Sequence record: LC819009.1
Direction: 5' to 3' (one strand)
Length of the DNA stretch: 64,000 nt
Numbering within the stretch: position 1 is the first letter of the stretch; each line of letters starts with the position of its first letter. Of this stretch, positions 29,793 to 38,187 are shown in pieces. A program made the position numbers and the translations under genes. The notes under the pieces were generated by a model that worked only from the letters and a program-made list of their open reading frames with translations, was not told where the DNA came from and did no database searches.

Positions 29793-31083
29793 ACGTGACT
29801 TTTTCATGCTCTGCATGAAAGAACACAAGTATCGGGATAAGCGCTGGGTGCTACGTGCTTTCGCTTTGGTGCGGGAGAACAAGACACCCGAGACGTCTAA
29901 ACCTCTCGACATCATTCAAACGCCTGCCGGACACTTCTACAAGCATCCGGAAACCGGCGAGCTCGAACAGATTCGTGGTGCAGTCAAACCTGGCAAGCCG
30001 ATGTATGGCGTCAAGGAAAAGCTCACCGTGAAGAAAGGCGAGTTGCCGGGTATTCTCAAAGATGAGGAAACTGACTACGGCCGCATCCTCTACTTCTGCA
30101 TCGTCTTCCTCCATTCGTTTGACGGGCATGTGCCCTTTAAAAACCAGCAAATGGACATGGGGAAATTCGAAGATGAACTCGCAGCGAAACTCCAGGACGA
30201 TGTTGAACCTGGACAAGAGGAGAACCCGGCTCTATTCTATCCTCGTCAGCTCGTACGTTATTACGAAGCCATGGCGTACACCCGCGGCCTGGCAATGCTG
30301 TGCGTACCCGCTGCTTCTCCGGCCTCAATGACCATCGATCCGAAGGTCTTGAAGCGTCGTGATGAACTGTTCAACGATCCGAACATTGACCTGAACAATC
30401 AGGCAGTGGCGGCTTCGGTGGAAAAGGAACTGGTGGACATGGACCGCGATTCGTTCAAGGACGATTCGGCCTCCGGCTTCCTTATCAACAAAAAAGACTT
30501 CGCGGTTATCCGCAAGAAGCGTTTCATTTCATTCGGCTCGGGGGCTGGCCTCACGCCTGACTCCAAGACTGCGTACGTTAAACGTAGCTTGAACGAAGGT
30601 GTGGATGTAAAACAGTTCAAGGACTACAACGATGAAATGCGTACTGGCTCGTATAAACGCGGCGTTGAAACGATGTTCGGTGGCGAACTGGACAAGTGGC
30701 TCGTTCGTGAGTCTTCGAACATCAGGGTTCTTCCGGATGACTGCGGTAGCACTGTCGGTATTCCGACCCTCATCAACGAACTCAATCAAAACCAGTGGAT
30801 CGGCTTTAACATCGTCGAAGGACGAGGCGTCAATAAGCTGAGTTCCGACAACATCGGCACTTATATGGGCAAGGTCGTTCTGCGACGGTCTCCGGCTGCA
30901 TGCTGGGCACCTAAGCCTGACTATTGCACGGTGTGCCTGGGCGAAAAGCTCTCGATGAACCCGGACGCAATTTCCATCGCGTTCTCGCAATACGGCCACG
31001 ACTTCATGGGTGAATCCATGTCCGCAATGCACGGCAAATCCTTGTCGATTGCTCGGATGGATCTCGTGGCAGAAGCTTCTTAA
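29785..31083 (+). CDS. Virion RNA polymerase beta' subunit fragment (phiKZ gp80-like)
   Basis: DDCGS, RSPAAC and CTVCLG zinc-site motifs of beta'; bridge-helix-like GSYKRGVETMFGGELDKWLVR. Confidence 0.85.
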   Translation: MDKRDFFMLCMKEHKYRDKRWVLRAFALVRENKTPETSKPLDIIQTPAGHFYKHPETGELEQIRGAVKPGKPMYGVKEKLTVKKGELPGILKDEETDYGRILYFCIVFLHSFDGHVPFKNQQMDMGKFEDELAAKLQDDVEPGQEENPALFYPRQLVRYYEAMAYTRGLAMLCVPAASPASMTIDPKVLKRRDELFNDPNIDLNNQAVAASVEKELVDMDRDSFKDDSASGFLINKKDFAVIRKKRFISFGSGAGLTPDSKTAYVKRSLNEGVDVKQFKDYNDEMRTGSYKRGVETMFGGELDKWLVRESSNIRVLPDDCGSTVGIPTLINELNQNQWIGFNIVEGRGVNKLSSDNIGTYMGKVVLRRSPAACWAPKPDYCTVCLGEKLSMNPDAISIAFSQYGHDFMGESMSAMHGKSLSIARMDLVAEAS

Positions 31084-31109
31084 CACTTTTCTTTCTGGAG
31101 AACATTCTC

Positions 31110-31991
31110 ATGGCAACGGAACAACAAGGCGGTACGCAAGACAACACTGGCGTCGATCAGGAAGCTCTGAAGGCAGCAGCTGCCGATCAAGCCGCTCAAC
31201 AACAAGAGCAGCAAGACGCCGCAGGTGACGCAGCAAAGGACACGCCTCCGGCAGACGACGCTGCTGCAAAGCAAGCTGCTGCTGACGCTCAGGCCGCCGC
31301 CGATGCTCAAGCTGCACAAGCCGCTGCAGATGCAGCTGCCGCCGCCAAGGCTCAGCCCGTGACCGCACAAGTCCGCAAGACGATCCCCGCTCCGGCTGCT
31401 CAGCAAACGGGTGCGAAGGATGCTTCGACGACCACGGCAACGACGCCTGCCGCCGCTGTCGTCACCAAGCAAGTCGCCGCTGCAACGGTCACTGACACGA
31501 CCACCAAGGCTCCGGCCAGCGATCGTGATCTGCCCGAAGTCGTCGCTGCGATGAAGGTCGCGAAAGCGCAGACGCAATCGGCTCTGTACCAGGTCATCCA
31601 GTACGCGATCGACATGCATCCGGGCAAGCGCGTGGAACTGCCGGCGATCGAACAGGCTCAGATCAACCTGCGCTCGAACCTGTTCACGATCCTGTCGGCT
31701 GAAGACGTGAACTTCAAGGTCGTGTACCAGGCACTGCTCGCAATCGTCAAGGCACATCGTCAGAACTGCTTCGCGATCACGGCACGCAACCGCGGCCTGA
31801 ACACGGTCAGCCTGGCAGCGCTCGACAACAAGGGCATGCGTTTCCTGACGAAGATCGTTGATCTGCTGGTGCTGACTGCCGGCATGAACGACGTCGAAAA
31901 CGTCAAGAAGCAGTTCGACTTCTCGAAGCTGGCTGAATGGTGCCCGAACGTGCGCATTCAGCAAAACCTGACGTCGTACTACTCGGCGTAA
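31110..31991 (+). CDS. Hypothetical protein with Ala/Gln/Thr low-complexity N-terminal half and globular C-terminal domain
   Basis: 293 aa; GGAG RBS; strong codon bias. Confidence 0.75.
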   Translation: MATEQQGGTQDNTGVDQEALKAAAADQAAQQQEQQDAAGDAAKDTPPADDAAAKQAAADAQAAADAQAAQAAADAAAAAKAQPVTAQVRKTIPAPAAQQTGAKDASTTTATTPAAAVVTKQVAAATVTDTTTKAPASDRDLPEVVAAMKVAKAQTQSALYQVIQYAIDMHPGKRVELPAIEQAQINLRSNLFTILSAEDVNFKVVYQALLAIVKAHRQNCFAITARNRGLNTVSLAALDNKGMRFLTKIVDLLVLTAGMNDVENVKKQFDFSKLAEWCPNVRIQQNLTSYYSA

Positions 31992-32015
31992 TTCGCAGCA
32001 ATGCGGACATAGCTC

Positions 32016-32043
32016 CTACTCCTACCCGCAAGGGTAGGAGTAG
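32016..32043. terminator. Bidirectional terminator-like hairpin, identical to the one at 22183-22210
   Basis: CTACTCCTACCC-GCAA-GGGTAGGAGTAG. Confidence 0.8.
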
Positions 32044-32056
32044 GGCTTTATGCCGC

Positions 32057-32917
32057 TTAGGCGTAATTCATCTTGCGCGCTTTACGATTCTGCTTCTTGA
32101 TACGAGCAGAACGCTGGCGACGATTCTTCTGATGCTCCTGGTTATCCAGGCGTGCTTGTGTTGCGTAGTTCTCACGCTCCACATGCTTCACAGCACCAGC
32201 GAAGTATTGGTCGATGCCACGCTCGAAGAACTCATGGCGAACACTATCCCAGCTGGTCAGGTCTTCATCTTCCCGACACATGTCGAACGGAACAGCGCAG
32301 GACATGACGACGCTTTGCGAGATGGGACGACCAAAGAATTCCAGGATGGCAATGGCCATGCATTCGCAACGATCAGCATAGTGCAAATGCTGCCGATGAC
32401 GATACAGAACGCCATTCAGATTCTTGATGCGGAAGTGATGTTCCACGAACTGCATCAGATCCATGCCGATGGCCTGCAAGCCTTTGCGACCAGAGTGCTC
32501 GATGATTGCCCGCATACCGTGCATCATGATGACTGCGTAGTAGTTGGGCATGTACTGGCCGATGTAGTGCGGCTTCGTGCAAGCACCTTCGTAAGCGATC
32601 ATTTCATCTTCGATCTGATCGAGTACGCCCTTGGTGAAACGAACCAGAGAGAAGTTGTGGATCTTGCTTTGTTCGACGAACTTCTTCAGGCTGTCCTTGA
32701 ACGCGTCGTACTTCAACTGCTGTGCGCTACGTTCTCGGCTGCTCGCTAGAGCAGCTGCGTGAAGCAAGCGTTTGAGTTCACGCTTGTCTTTACGCGACAT
32801 TTTCTTTTCTTTCTTTGATCTCTTCTCGGCGATCACCCACTTGAACGCGATGACAACGATCAAGATAAGCAGACCCACCAACCCCACAGCGACGGCATTC
32901 GGATTATACATTTTCAA
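32057..32917 (-). CDS. Membrane-anchored hypothetical protein
   Basis: N-terminal hydrophobic AVAVGLVGLLILIVVIAFKWVIA followed by a basic stretch. Confidence 0.7.
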   Translation of the reverse strand: MKMYNPNAVAVGLVGLLILIVVIAFKWVIAEKRSKKEKKMSRKDKRELKRLLHAAALASSRERSAQQLKYDAFKDSLKKFVEQSKIHNFSLVRFTKGVLDQIEDEMIAYEGACTKPHYIGQYMPNYYAVIMMHGMRAIIEHSGRKGLQAIGMDLMQFVEHHFRIKNLNGVLYRHRQHLHYADRCECMAIAILEFFGRPISQSVVMSCAVPFDMCREDEDLTSWDSVRHEFFERGIDQYFAGAVKHVERENYATQARLDNQEHQKNRRQRSARIKKQNRKARKMNYA

Positions 32918-32934
32918 ACTCTTCTTGGTTTATG

Positions 32935-33339
32935 TCATTCAGGAATGTAGGAAAGAACTACGTACGAAATACCAGGTTCGAGACCGATCTTGTCACCCAG
33001 AATCGGAATCAGGCTAATACCGGCCAAAGTCGACAGATAAAGCGCAGTCAACCCAGCCTTGTCGTCTTCGAAAGTGCATTCACAAGTGAAAGCGCCATCG
33101 TCTTCGACAATTTTGCCAGCCACAATGCACTGGCTAAAATCCGTTTTGGAGGGATTCTTCTCCCGGATGTACTGCTGGAGGGCATAGGCCAAGCGAGCCG
33201 GTCTGGGACCCTCGTTGAAGGCCGCAAAGTGCTTCCTCCACTCATCTACGGTGGTCTCGTACTCCGGCGGCAGAAAAATGTCCACGACCTGGGAAGTACG
33301 AGACCGGATAGTCTTTTGAACTAACCGGTCAAGACTCAT
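32935..33339 (-). CDS. Hypothetical protein
   Basis: 134 aa; GAGGAG RBS; starts 1 nt after the ACP-like stop. Confidence 0.7.
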   Translation of the reverse strand: MSLDRLVQKTIRSRTSQVVDIFLPPEYETTVDEWRKHFAAFNEGPRPARLAYALQQYIREKNPSKTDFSQCIVAGKIVEDDGAFTCECTFEDDKAGLTALYLSTLAGISLIPILGDKIGLEPGISYVVLSYIPE

Positions 33340-33340
33340 A

Positions 33341-33616
33341 TTACTCCTCGTTCAGATGCTTAATTACCTTGTCAAAGACGTCCTGCCAGGTAGCGAACGG
33401 GCCATCGAGAAATCCGATTTCCAATTCATCTTCCAGTTCAGACATGATGTCCATGTGATCCAGCGAATCCAGATCCCCGCTCTGGAAAGGCAACGCCAGG
33501 AACTCACGGAACTCCGTACTGTTCTCGACCGCGGTCTTGCGAACCGTTTTCGTGTCGTACGACGATACTACTTGGACGAGCACTCGACGTGCTTTCTGTG
33601 CTTTGGCCTCAGCCAT
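33341..33616 (-). CDS. Acyl carrier protein-like protein
   Basis: GDLDSLDHMDIMSELEDELEI aligns with ACP GADSLDTVELVMALEEEFD; Ser51 in the DSL motif; ATWQDVFDKV aligns with TTVQAAIDYI; AGGGG RBS. Confidence 0.75.
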   Translation of the reverse strand: MAEAKAQKARRVLVQVVSSYDTKTVRKTAVENSTEFREFLALPFQSGDLDSLDHMDIMSELEDELEIGFLDGPFATWQDVFDKVIKHLNEE

Positions 33617-33671
33617 TTTAAAAACCCCTGCTTGTTATTACTGTTACTGGTTTCGGTCGAAAACCAAATAA

Positions 33672-33869
33672 TCAGTCTCGCTTTATATCGTACAAATCCG
33701 TCAGTTCCGGATGGTAAACACGCAACTGAATCATGTCCCGGTTGTTCGGTACTTCGTTGAACTCGAAGAACATGTTGAACGCTTGACCTTTCTGATCCAC
33801 TACCTGGCAGAGGATGTGTCGGTCCTGTGGCAATTTATCCATCAAAGCTTTAATGTCTACCGGGGTCAT
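33672..33869 (-). CDS. Small hypothetical protein (65 aa)
   Basis: GAGG RBS before MTPVDIK. Confidence 0.6.
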   Translation of the reverse strand: MTPVDIKALMDKLPQDRHILCQVVDQKGQAFNMFFEFNEVPNNRDMIQLRVYHPELTDLYDIKRD

Positions 33870-33905
33870 AAAAACCTCAAAAAATAAGTAGGCAGCAAAA
33901 AGGGC

Positions 33906-33935
33906 GGGACAGAGTGGCCGAAGCCACTCCATCCC
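33906..33935 (-). terminator. Intrinsic terminator at the 3' end of the structured non-coding region
   Basis: GGGATGGAGTGGC-TTCG-GCCACTCTGTCCC followed by GCCCTTTT. Confidence 0.7.
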
Positions 33936-34380
33936 ATGCCTAAGATGAAACTGAACTTACATCCCTAGGTCGTCGCATCACCACAAGGAAATGACGAGTG
34001 ACGACTAAGGGCTATAAGCTTTGCAGCGTTTCCCAACGGATGCGCTACCTATAACTGGTCCCGAAAAGACCCCTTACAATCGATGCGGGCTTAATACACA
34101 CGAAGGCCAAACGACGTCCCCGCAAGCGCGAACGCGCGCGCCAGCGATTTACGTCAGGCATCACTAAGTCCTTAAAGGGAAACTCATATCGGCGGCACTA
34201 AGAGGCGGCCATGAGTCGTGATCTTCGCGCAGCTTAGAGCAGTAGTATCGAGACTCTGCCTTCACCACATACGACGTGTGTATTTCGCGGGCCTTTCACC
34301 CGAGCCAGGATATATCGCGCAATCGCACCATCCCGACCTCTGCCTCGAACAGATCTTCAGAAGCCATGTTGTTAAAGAAC
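33936..34380 (-). ncRNA. Candidate large structured non-coding RNA of unknown class
   Basis: No credible ORF; many nested helices with GNRA/UUCG loops; 10-bp long-range complement 34093-34102/34275-34284; terminator at the 3' end. Confidence 0.55.
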
Positions 34381-34430
34381 GAGACGGCTAACCAGTCCCT
34401 CACGAGATTAGGTTAGCCGCCAGATCACGC

Positions 34431-35729
34431 TTACGGTTGCAGCGTGTCGGTTTGATCAGCAGCTGCTGCGCCGTCATCGTCAGCCTTCACGTCGGTAGCC
34501 GCCGGCGTTTGGACTTCTGCTTGAACAGCAGCATCTGCGACTTCAGCGGTCGGGGCAACGTCGGCGGGAGCAGCGACTTGTTCAGCCGTCTGTTCCACTG
34601 CGGGCGTTTCCACGGCCGGAACTTCTGCTTGCGCTTGTGCAGCGTCGGTTTCCACCGGCGCGGCTTCTTGCGCTGCGTCAGCAGCTTGTTCCACCGGAGC
34701 AGCGTCGACAGGTGCGCCAGCCAGTGCTGCAGCCGTTTCCGGATCTGCATTCACTTCGGGCGTTTGTGCCAGAGCTTCGGGCGAGTGATCGACTTCTTGC
34801 GAGGTCAGATCCGCCGGAGCAGCTGCTTGTTCCACAGCGGGAGCTTCAGCTTGACCAGCATCGGCTGCCGGTGCTTCCACTTGTGCTGCGGCATCGACGG
34901 CCGGAGCCGTTTCTACCGGTGCTGCTTGCTCGCCAGCGGCGGGGTCGACTTCAGGGGCAGCTTCTTGAGCCACGCCTTCGTCGGCTACGCCGGCCGGTTG
35001 AGCTTCGACAGCAGCAGTGTCGGTCGTTTCAGCGGCAGCTTGAGCCGGAACTTCGGCTTGTGCATCTGCTGCATTCGCGTCGACTTGCGGAGCTGCGTCA
35101 GCCGGGGTTTCAGCTTGCGCTTCGCCTGCGGCCGGGTCCACTTCTGCTGCTGCGGGTGCTTCCGGAACTGCCGGGGTTTCCGGTTGTGCCGGTGCATCTG
35201 CGGGCTGTTCCACTGCCGGTGCAGCTTGTTCAGCCGTACCTGCATCCGTGCCCGCTGCCGGATCTTGTTCGACGGCCGGAGCATCGCCCGTCGGTTGTTC
35301 TTGTTCAGCTGCCGATGCGTCAGCTGCGGGAGCAGCATCCGTACCAGCGTTGTCTACCAGCACGTCGCCGGTGGGTTGTGCTTCTGCGGGAGCCGCGTCA
35401 GCAGGTGCCGGGTCTTGAGCTTGATCACCAGCGACCGGAGCCGCGTCTTGCGTTTGGTCGCCAGTTGCGATCTGGTTGTCCAGATCAGCTGCTGCTGCGC
35501 CAGCGGCTGCGGCAGCTGCCGTACCGTTGTCGCCCAGACCGAGCGCTTCGTTCGTGGTGTCGCCGAGCGGTGCGTCGCCGCTTGCCGGCGGGACGATCGG
35601 ATGGTCTTCCTTCTTCTTGTGGAAGATGCCGACGATACGTTCGACCACGTGTTCGGGCAGGGAGGCCAGGGCTTCGATCGCCAGGATTTCAGTCTTCAGT
35701 TCATCGAGAACTTTGTGGATGATGCTCAC
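34431..35729 (-). CDS. Acidic Ala/Pro/Gln-rich intrinsically disordered protein
   Basis: 432 aa; AAGGA RBS; about 40-aa helical head, then degenerate repeats (EVDPAAGE, PAVEQ, APVET). Confidence 0.8.
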   Translation of the reverse strand: MSIIHKVLDELKTEILAIEALASLPEHVVERIVGIFHKKKEDHPIVPPASGDAPLGDTTNEALGLGDNGTAAAAAAGAAAADLDNQIATGDQTQDAAPVAGDQAQDPAPADAAPAEAQPTGDVLVDNAGTDAAPAADASAAEQEQPTGDAPAVEQDPAAGTDAGTAEQAAPAVEQPADAPAQPETPAVPEAPAAAEVDPAAGEAQAETPADAAPQVDANAADAQAEVPAQAAAETTDTAAVEAQPAGVADEGVAQEAAPEVDPAAGEQAAPVETAPAVDAAAQVEAPAADAGQAEAPAVEQAAAPADLTSQEVDHSPEALAQTPEVNADPETAAALAGAPVDAAPVEQAADAAQEAAPVETDAAQAQAEVPAVETPAVEQTAEQVAAPADVAPTAEVADAAVQAEVQTPAATDVKADDDGAAAADQTDTLQP

Positions 35730-35813
35730 GATTTTTCCTTGATAAGGAGTGTTTTAAAAGTACGGCTCAACCAGCAAAAACGTTGTTACTGGCTCATACA
35801 ATTTCGGTCTATT

Positions 35814-36176
35814 TCAGTGCCAGATGATGGTCACGAAAGGTCCTGCAACGGCGAAGGCGAAAAGCAGTTTGCACGCAATATGCAACGCTTGATCGCCCAT
35901 CGCACTGATGATCTTGTTGACACGCAGCATGTCGATTACCCAATGCCAGGCGAACTCGCAAAATGCAATCGTGAATGCTGCTTTCGGATTGAACAACCAG
36001 ACGACTCCACCTGCAGCTGCACCCTGAATCAGGGCATGCATCGTCAGGCCATACCACCACGGGAAGCCAGGCACCAACTTGTTCTTGATGTCGGACAGGA
36101 ATTGTCCTTGACCAGGAAAGTCGAAGAATGCGTGAACTGCCAGCAGGAGACCGAGGACTGCAAGAAACGTCACCAT
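35814..36176 (-). CDS. DUF3307-like membrane protein
   Basis: HAFFDFPGQ, HALI, HWVID and DQALH motifs in hydrophobic helices. Confidence 0.75.
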   Translation of the reverse strand: MVTFLAVLGLLLAVHAFFDFPGQGQFLSDIKNKLVPGFPWWYGLTMHALIQGAAAGGVVWLFNPKAAFTIAFCEFAWHWVIDMLRVNKIISAMGDQALHIACKLLFAFAVAGPFVTIIWH

Positions 36177-36214
36177 GGTTGTTATCCTTATTAGAGTGAA
36201 GGCGCAGCCTGAGT

Positions 36215-36559
36215 TTAGTTACCTAATGAATCCAGGACCTTCCGAGCCTCAGACGGTTTCCAACAATCCCGTCCGTACACCTGCTTCAGAAGTTCAAAGG
36301 ACTCGTAGTACTCCGGTTCCCACTGATCCTCAAGGCCGTAGCACGAGCAGTGTGATCCGTGCACATCGAAGAATTGCTTCTTCTCGTGATCGTAACCAAA
36401 CACCACCGATGATCCGGAATAATCCTCATACGTGTACCCTGCGTACAGGATTTGGTACTTTGGATCGTCCTTGACGTTGAACTGGCGAAAGACATCTTCG
36501 CGTGATTCGAACAGATCGTGGAAAATGGGTTCTTTAGACAACAGGATAGCTTCAGTCAT
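36215..36559 (-). CDS. Hypothetical protein
   Basis: 114 aa from MTEAIL; YEDYSG and HGSHCSCYGLE motifs. Confidence 0.7.
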   Translation of the reverse strand: MTEAILLSKEPIFHDLFESREDVFRQFNVKDDPKYQILYAGYTYEDYSGSSVVFGYDHEKKQFFDVHGSHCSCYGLEDQWEPEYYESFELLKQVYGRDCWKPSEARKVLDSLGN

Positions 36560-36754
36560 GATAATTCCAGTATTGAGTTTGAAGGAAAAGCATTTCCCTA
36601 AAGCACTCTTTACTGAACTTCTCACTACTTAACCACCCAAGTTGCGCCTTCGTAAAGGGGTGGCCCGAGATCTTTATCGTTGGATTAGAACGCTTTGTTG
36701 AGCCGCACACCGTAGGAGGTTGGAGTATGCGCTCGAACTCGATCTCAAAGCCGA

Positions 36755-36870
36755 AAAAAAATAGCAGGAAGGCATCTTCCTGCAAAAGGGGGAGTTACCC
36801 CGAACGTACCGACTCCCTTCACCACAAAGGAGTTTGCTGCCGCATGAGCGTGCTGCTAATCGAGTCGGTC
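36755..36870 (-). ncRNA. Candidate small structured RNA ending in a terminator
   Basis: ACCGACUC/GAGUCGGU stem enclosing two hairpins; GGGG/CCCC hairpin; GCAGGAAG-AUGC-CUUCCUGC plus U8. Confidence 0.4.
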
Positions 36871-36905
36871 GTTCTGGGCAAATCATAGCTACAGCATTTA
36901 TTTTT

Positions 36906-37415
36906 TTATAGTTCGACGAAGTCCACCTTCGGACCATAACGTAATCCACCCGACCATTCGCTGCTATCACGCAGCTTACCATGAATGGTTGAACGGATAA
37001 TGCTTTCGCGTTGGGACTTGCTGTAGTAGAGGCGCGGAATATACATGTCGCATTCTACAGCGATATTGTCGACGGACACCAACACTTTGACAGGCAGCAT
37101 GTGATCATGACGACCCATGTTATCCCGATCGTTCAGCGCTTCAGCAATTTTCAAAAAGGTATTGCGCTGATTCGTGAGATAGTCATAAGCCGGATCGAAC
37201 GGACCGCAGTCTTGTGCCAGTTGTTCGCCTTCATTAACGAGTCGGATACACTCGTCGTAGGAAATGGGGCCGATGGTTTTTAACCACAACGGAAGCATCA
37301 TCTCGGCTCGACGCTTCAGTCTGTCACTGCCTGGACCACGATCCTCCATCAGGTCCTTCAAATTGGCTTCGCGTTTTTTCGCGATTTGGTCTTCTAGTTC
37401 TTGACGGGAAAGCAT
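36906..37415 (-). CDS. Hypothetical protein
   Basis: 169 aa; operonic. Confidence 0.7.
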   Translation of the reverse strand: MLSRQELEDQIAKKREANLKDLMEDRGPGSDRLKRRAEMMLPLWLKTIGPISYDECIRLVNEGEQLAQDCGPFDPAYDYLTNQRNTFLKIAEALNDRDNMGRHDHMLPVKVLVSVDNIAVECDMYIPRLYYSKSQRESIIRSTIHGKLRDSSEWSGGLRYGPKVDFVEL

Positions 37416-37417
37416 TT

Positions 37418-38107
37418 TCAGCCCTTGTAGAGTTGGAACAGCTCAACAATCAGTTCCCGCTCTTCGATATCGCCCATCTCGAAGTCATTGTAAATCGTCG
37501 TCGCTTCCATGTAGAGATCATGGATATCGCCGTTGATCAACATACGCTTTCCTTTCATGGTAAGCGCAGAGACGTCCGGGACTTCTTCACCCTGCATCGC
37601 CATCAGAAGACGGCCGTTAACAGGATGCTCGTAAATCGAAAGCGGTTCCAGGTGAGTCAGTACATCGATGCCGACAACAATCTGCATGTCGCTGTGGGAA
37701 GCACGAGCACGCTGTACTGCCATGACGCTCATGCCCAATTGCTTGAACAGCGCAAGCTTGTTGTACTGACGCAGATAATCGAAGACACCTTTCATCAGCA
37801 CGCTTGATGCGGGGTTATTCGCAACAAACGCCAGTGCTTCAAAACCATCCATCGACGGATGGACAAACAGATGTTGGAGCGGTACGCCGTAAAAGAACGG
37901 CTTCCAGTTGCTCTGGTTATCCTTGACAAACGGATGACCGAACGGACCAACGTGAATGAATTCCTGAAGCAAGAAATTGACAAGCTGATTCAATTCCTCG
38001 TTTTCAGGAGCATCGGGTGAACGCATGAACCAGAAGTCGGTGGAACGGAAATTGACTTCCCCTTCCATGTCATCGTAGCGTTCTTTGTGTTCAGAACCTA
38101 ACAGCAT
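37418..38107 (-). CDS. Hypothetical protein
   Basis: 229 aa; GGAGGG RBS. Confidence 0.7.
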   Translation of the reverse strand: MLLGSEHKERYDDMEGEVNFRSTDFWFMRSPDAPENEELNQLVNFLLQEFIHVGPFGHPFVKDNQSNWKPFFYGVPLQHLFVHPSMDGFEALAFVANNPASSVLMKGVFDYLRQYNKLALFKQLGMSVMAVQRARASHSDMQIVVGIDVLTHLEPLSIYEHPVNGRLLMAMQGEEVPDVSALTMKGKRMLINGDIHDLYMEATTIYNDFEMGDIEERELIVELFQLYKG

Positions 38108-38187
38108 AGGCCCTCCAATTAAATAGCCAACTGATTAGTGCTGGCATTAGAAAAAAAGATCCCGTCGTACTGACCGGGATCGAATCT

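Noticed and set aside
26032-31991. Claim that this block is inverted relative to phiKZ
   Set aside because: The gp numbering of the genes flanking the vRNAP subunit cannot be fixed from sequence alone.
34335-34360. CUGAAGA followed by a hairpin, resembling a hammerhead ribozyme core
   Set aside because: The required GAAA after stem II is absent (GGUC follows), and no stem I/III partners were found.
34296-34367. 23-codon ORF MASEDLFE..., sharing 15 nt (ATGGCTTCTGAAGAT) with the small gene at 54795-54809
   Set aside because: It has no RBS. A few 15-nt matches are expected by chance in 64 kb, and this one is same-strand, so it is not an antisense pairing.
33936-34380. tmRNA, RNase P RNA, tRNA or group I intron identity for the structured region
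   Set aside because: No tRNA-like ends, no GAGGAAAGUCC-type core, no P/Q/R/S elements, and no interrupted flanking gene.
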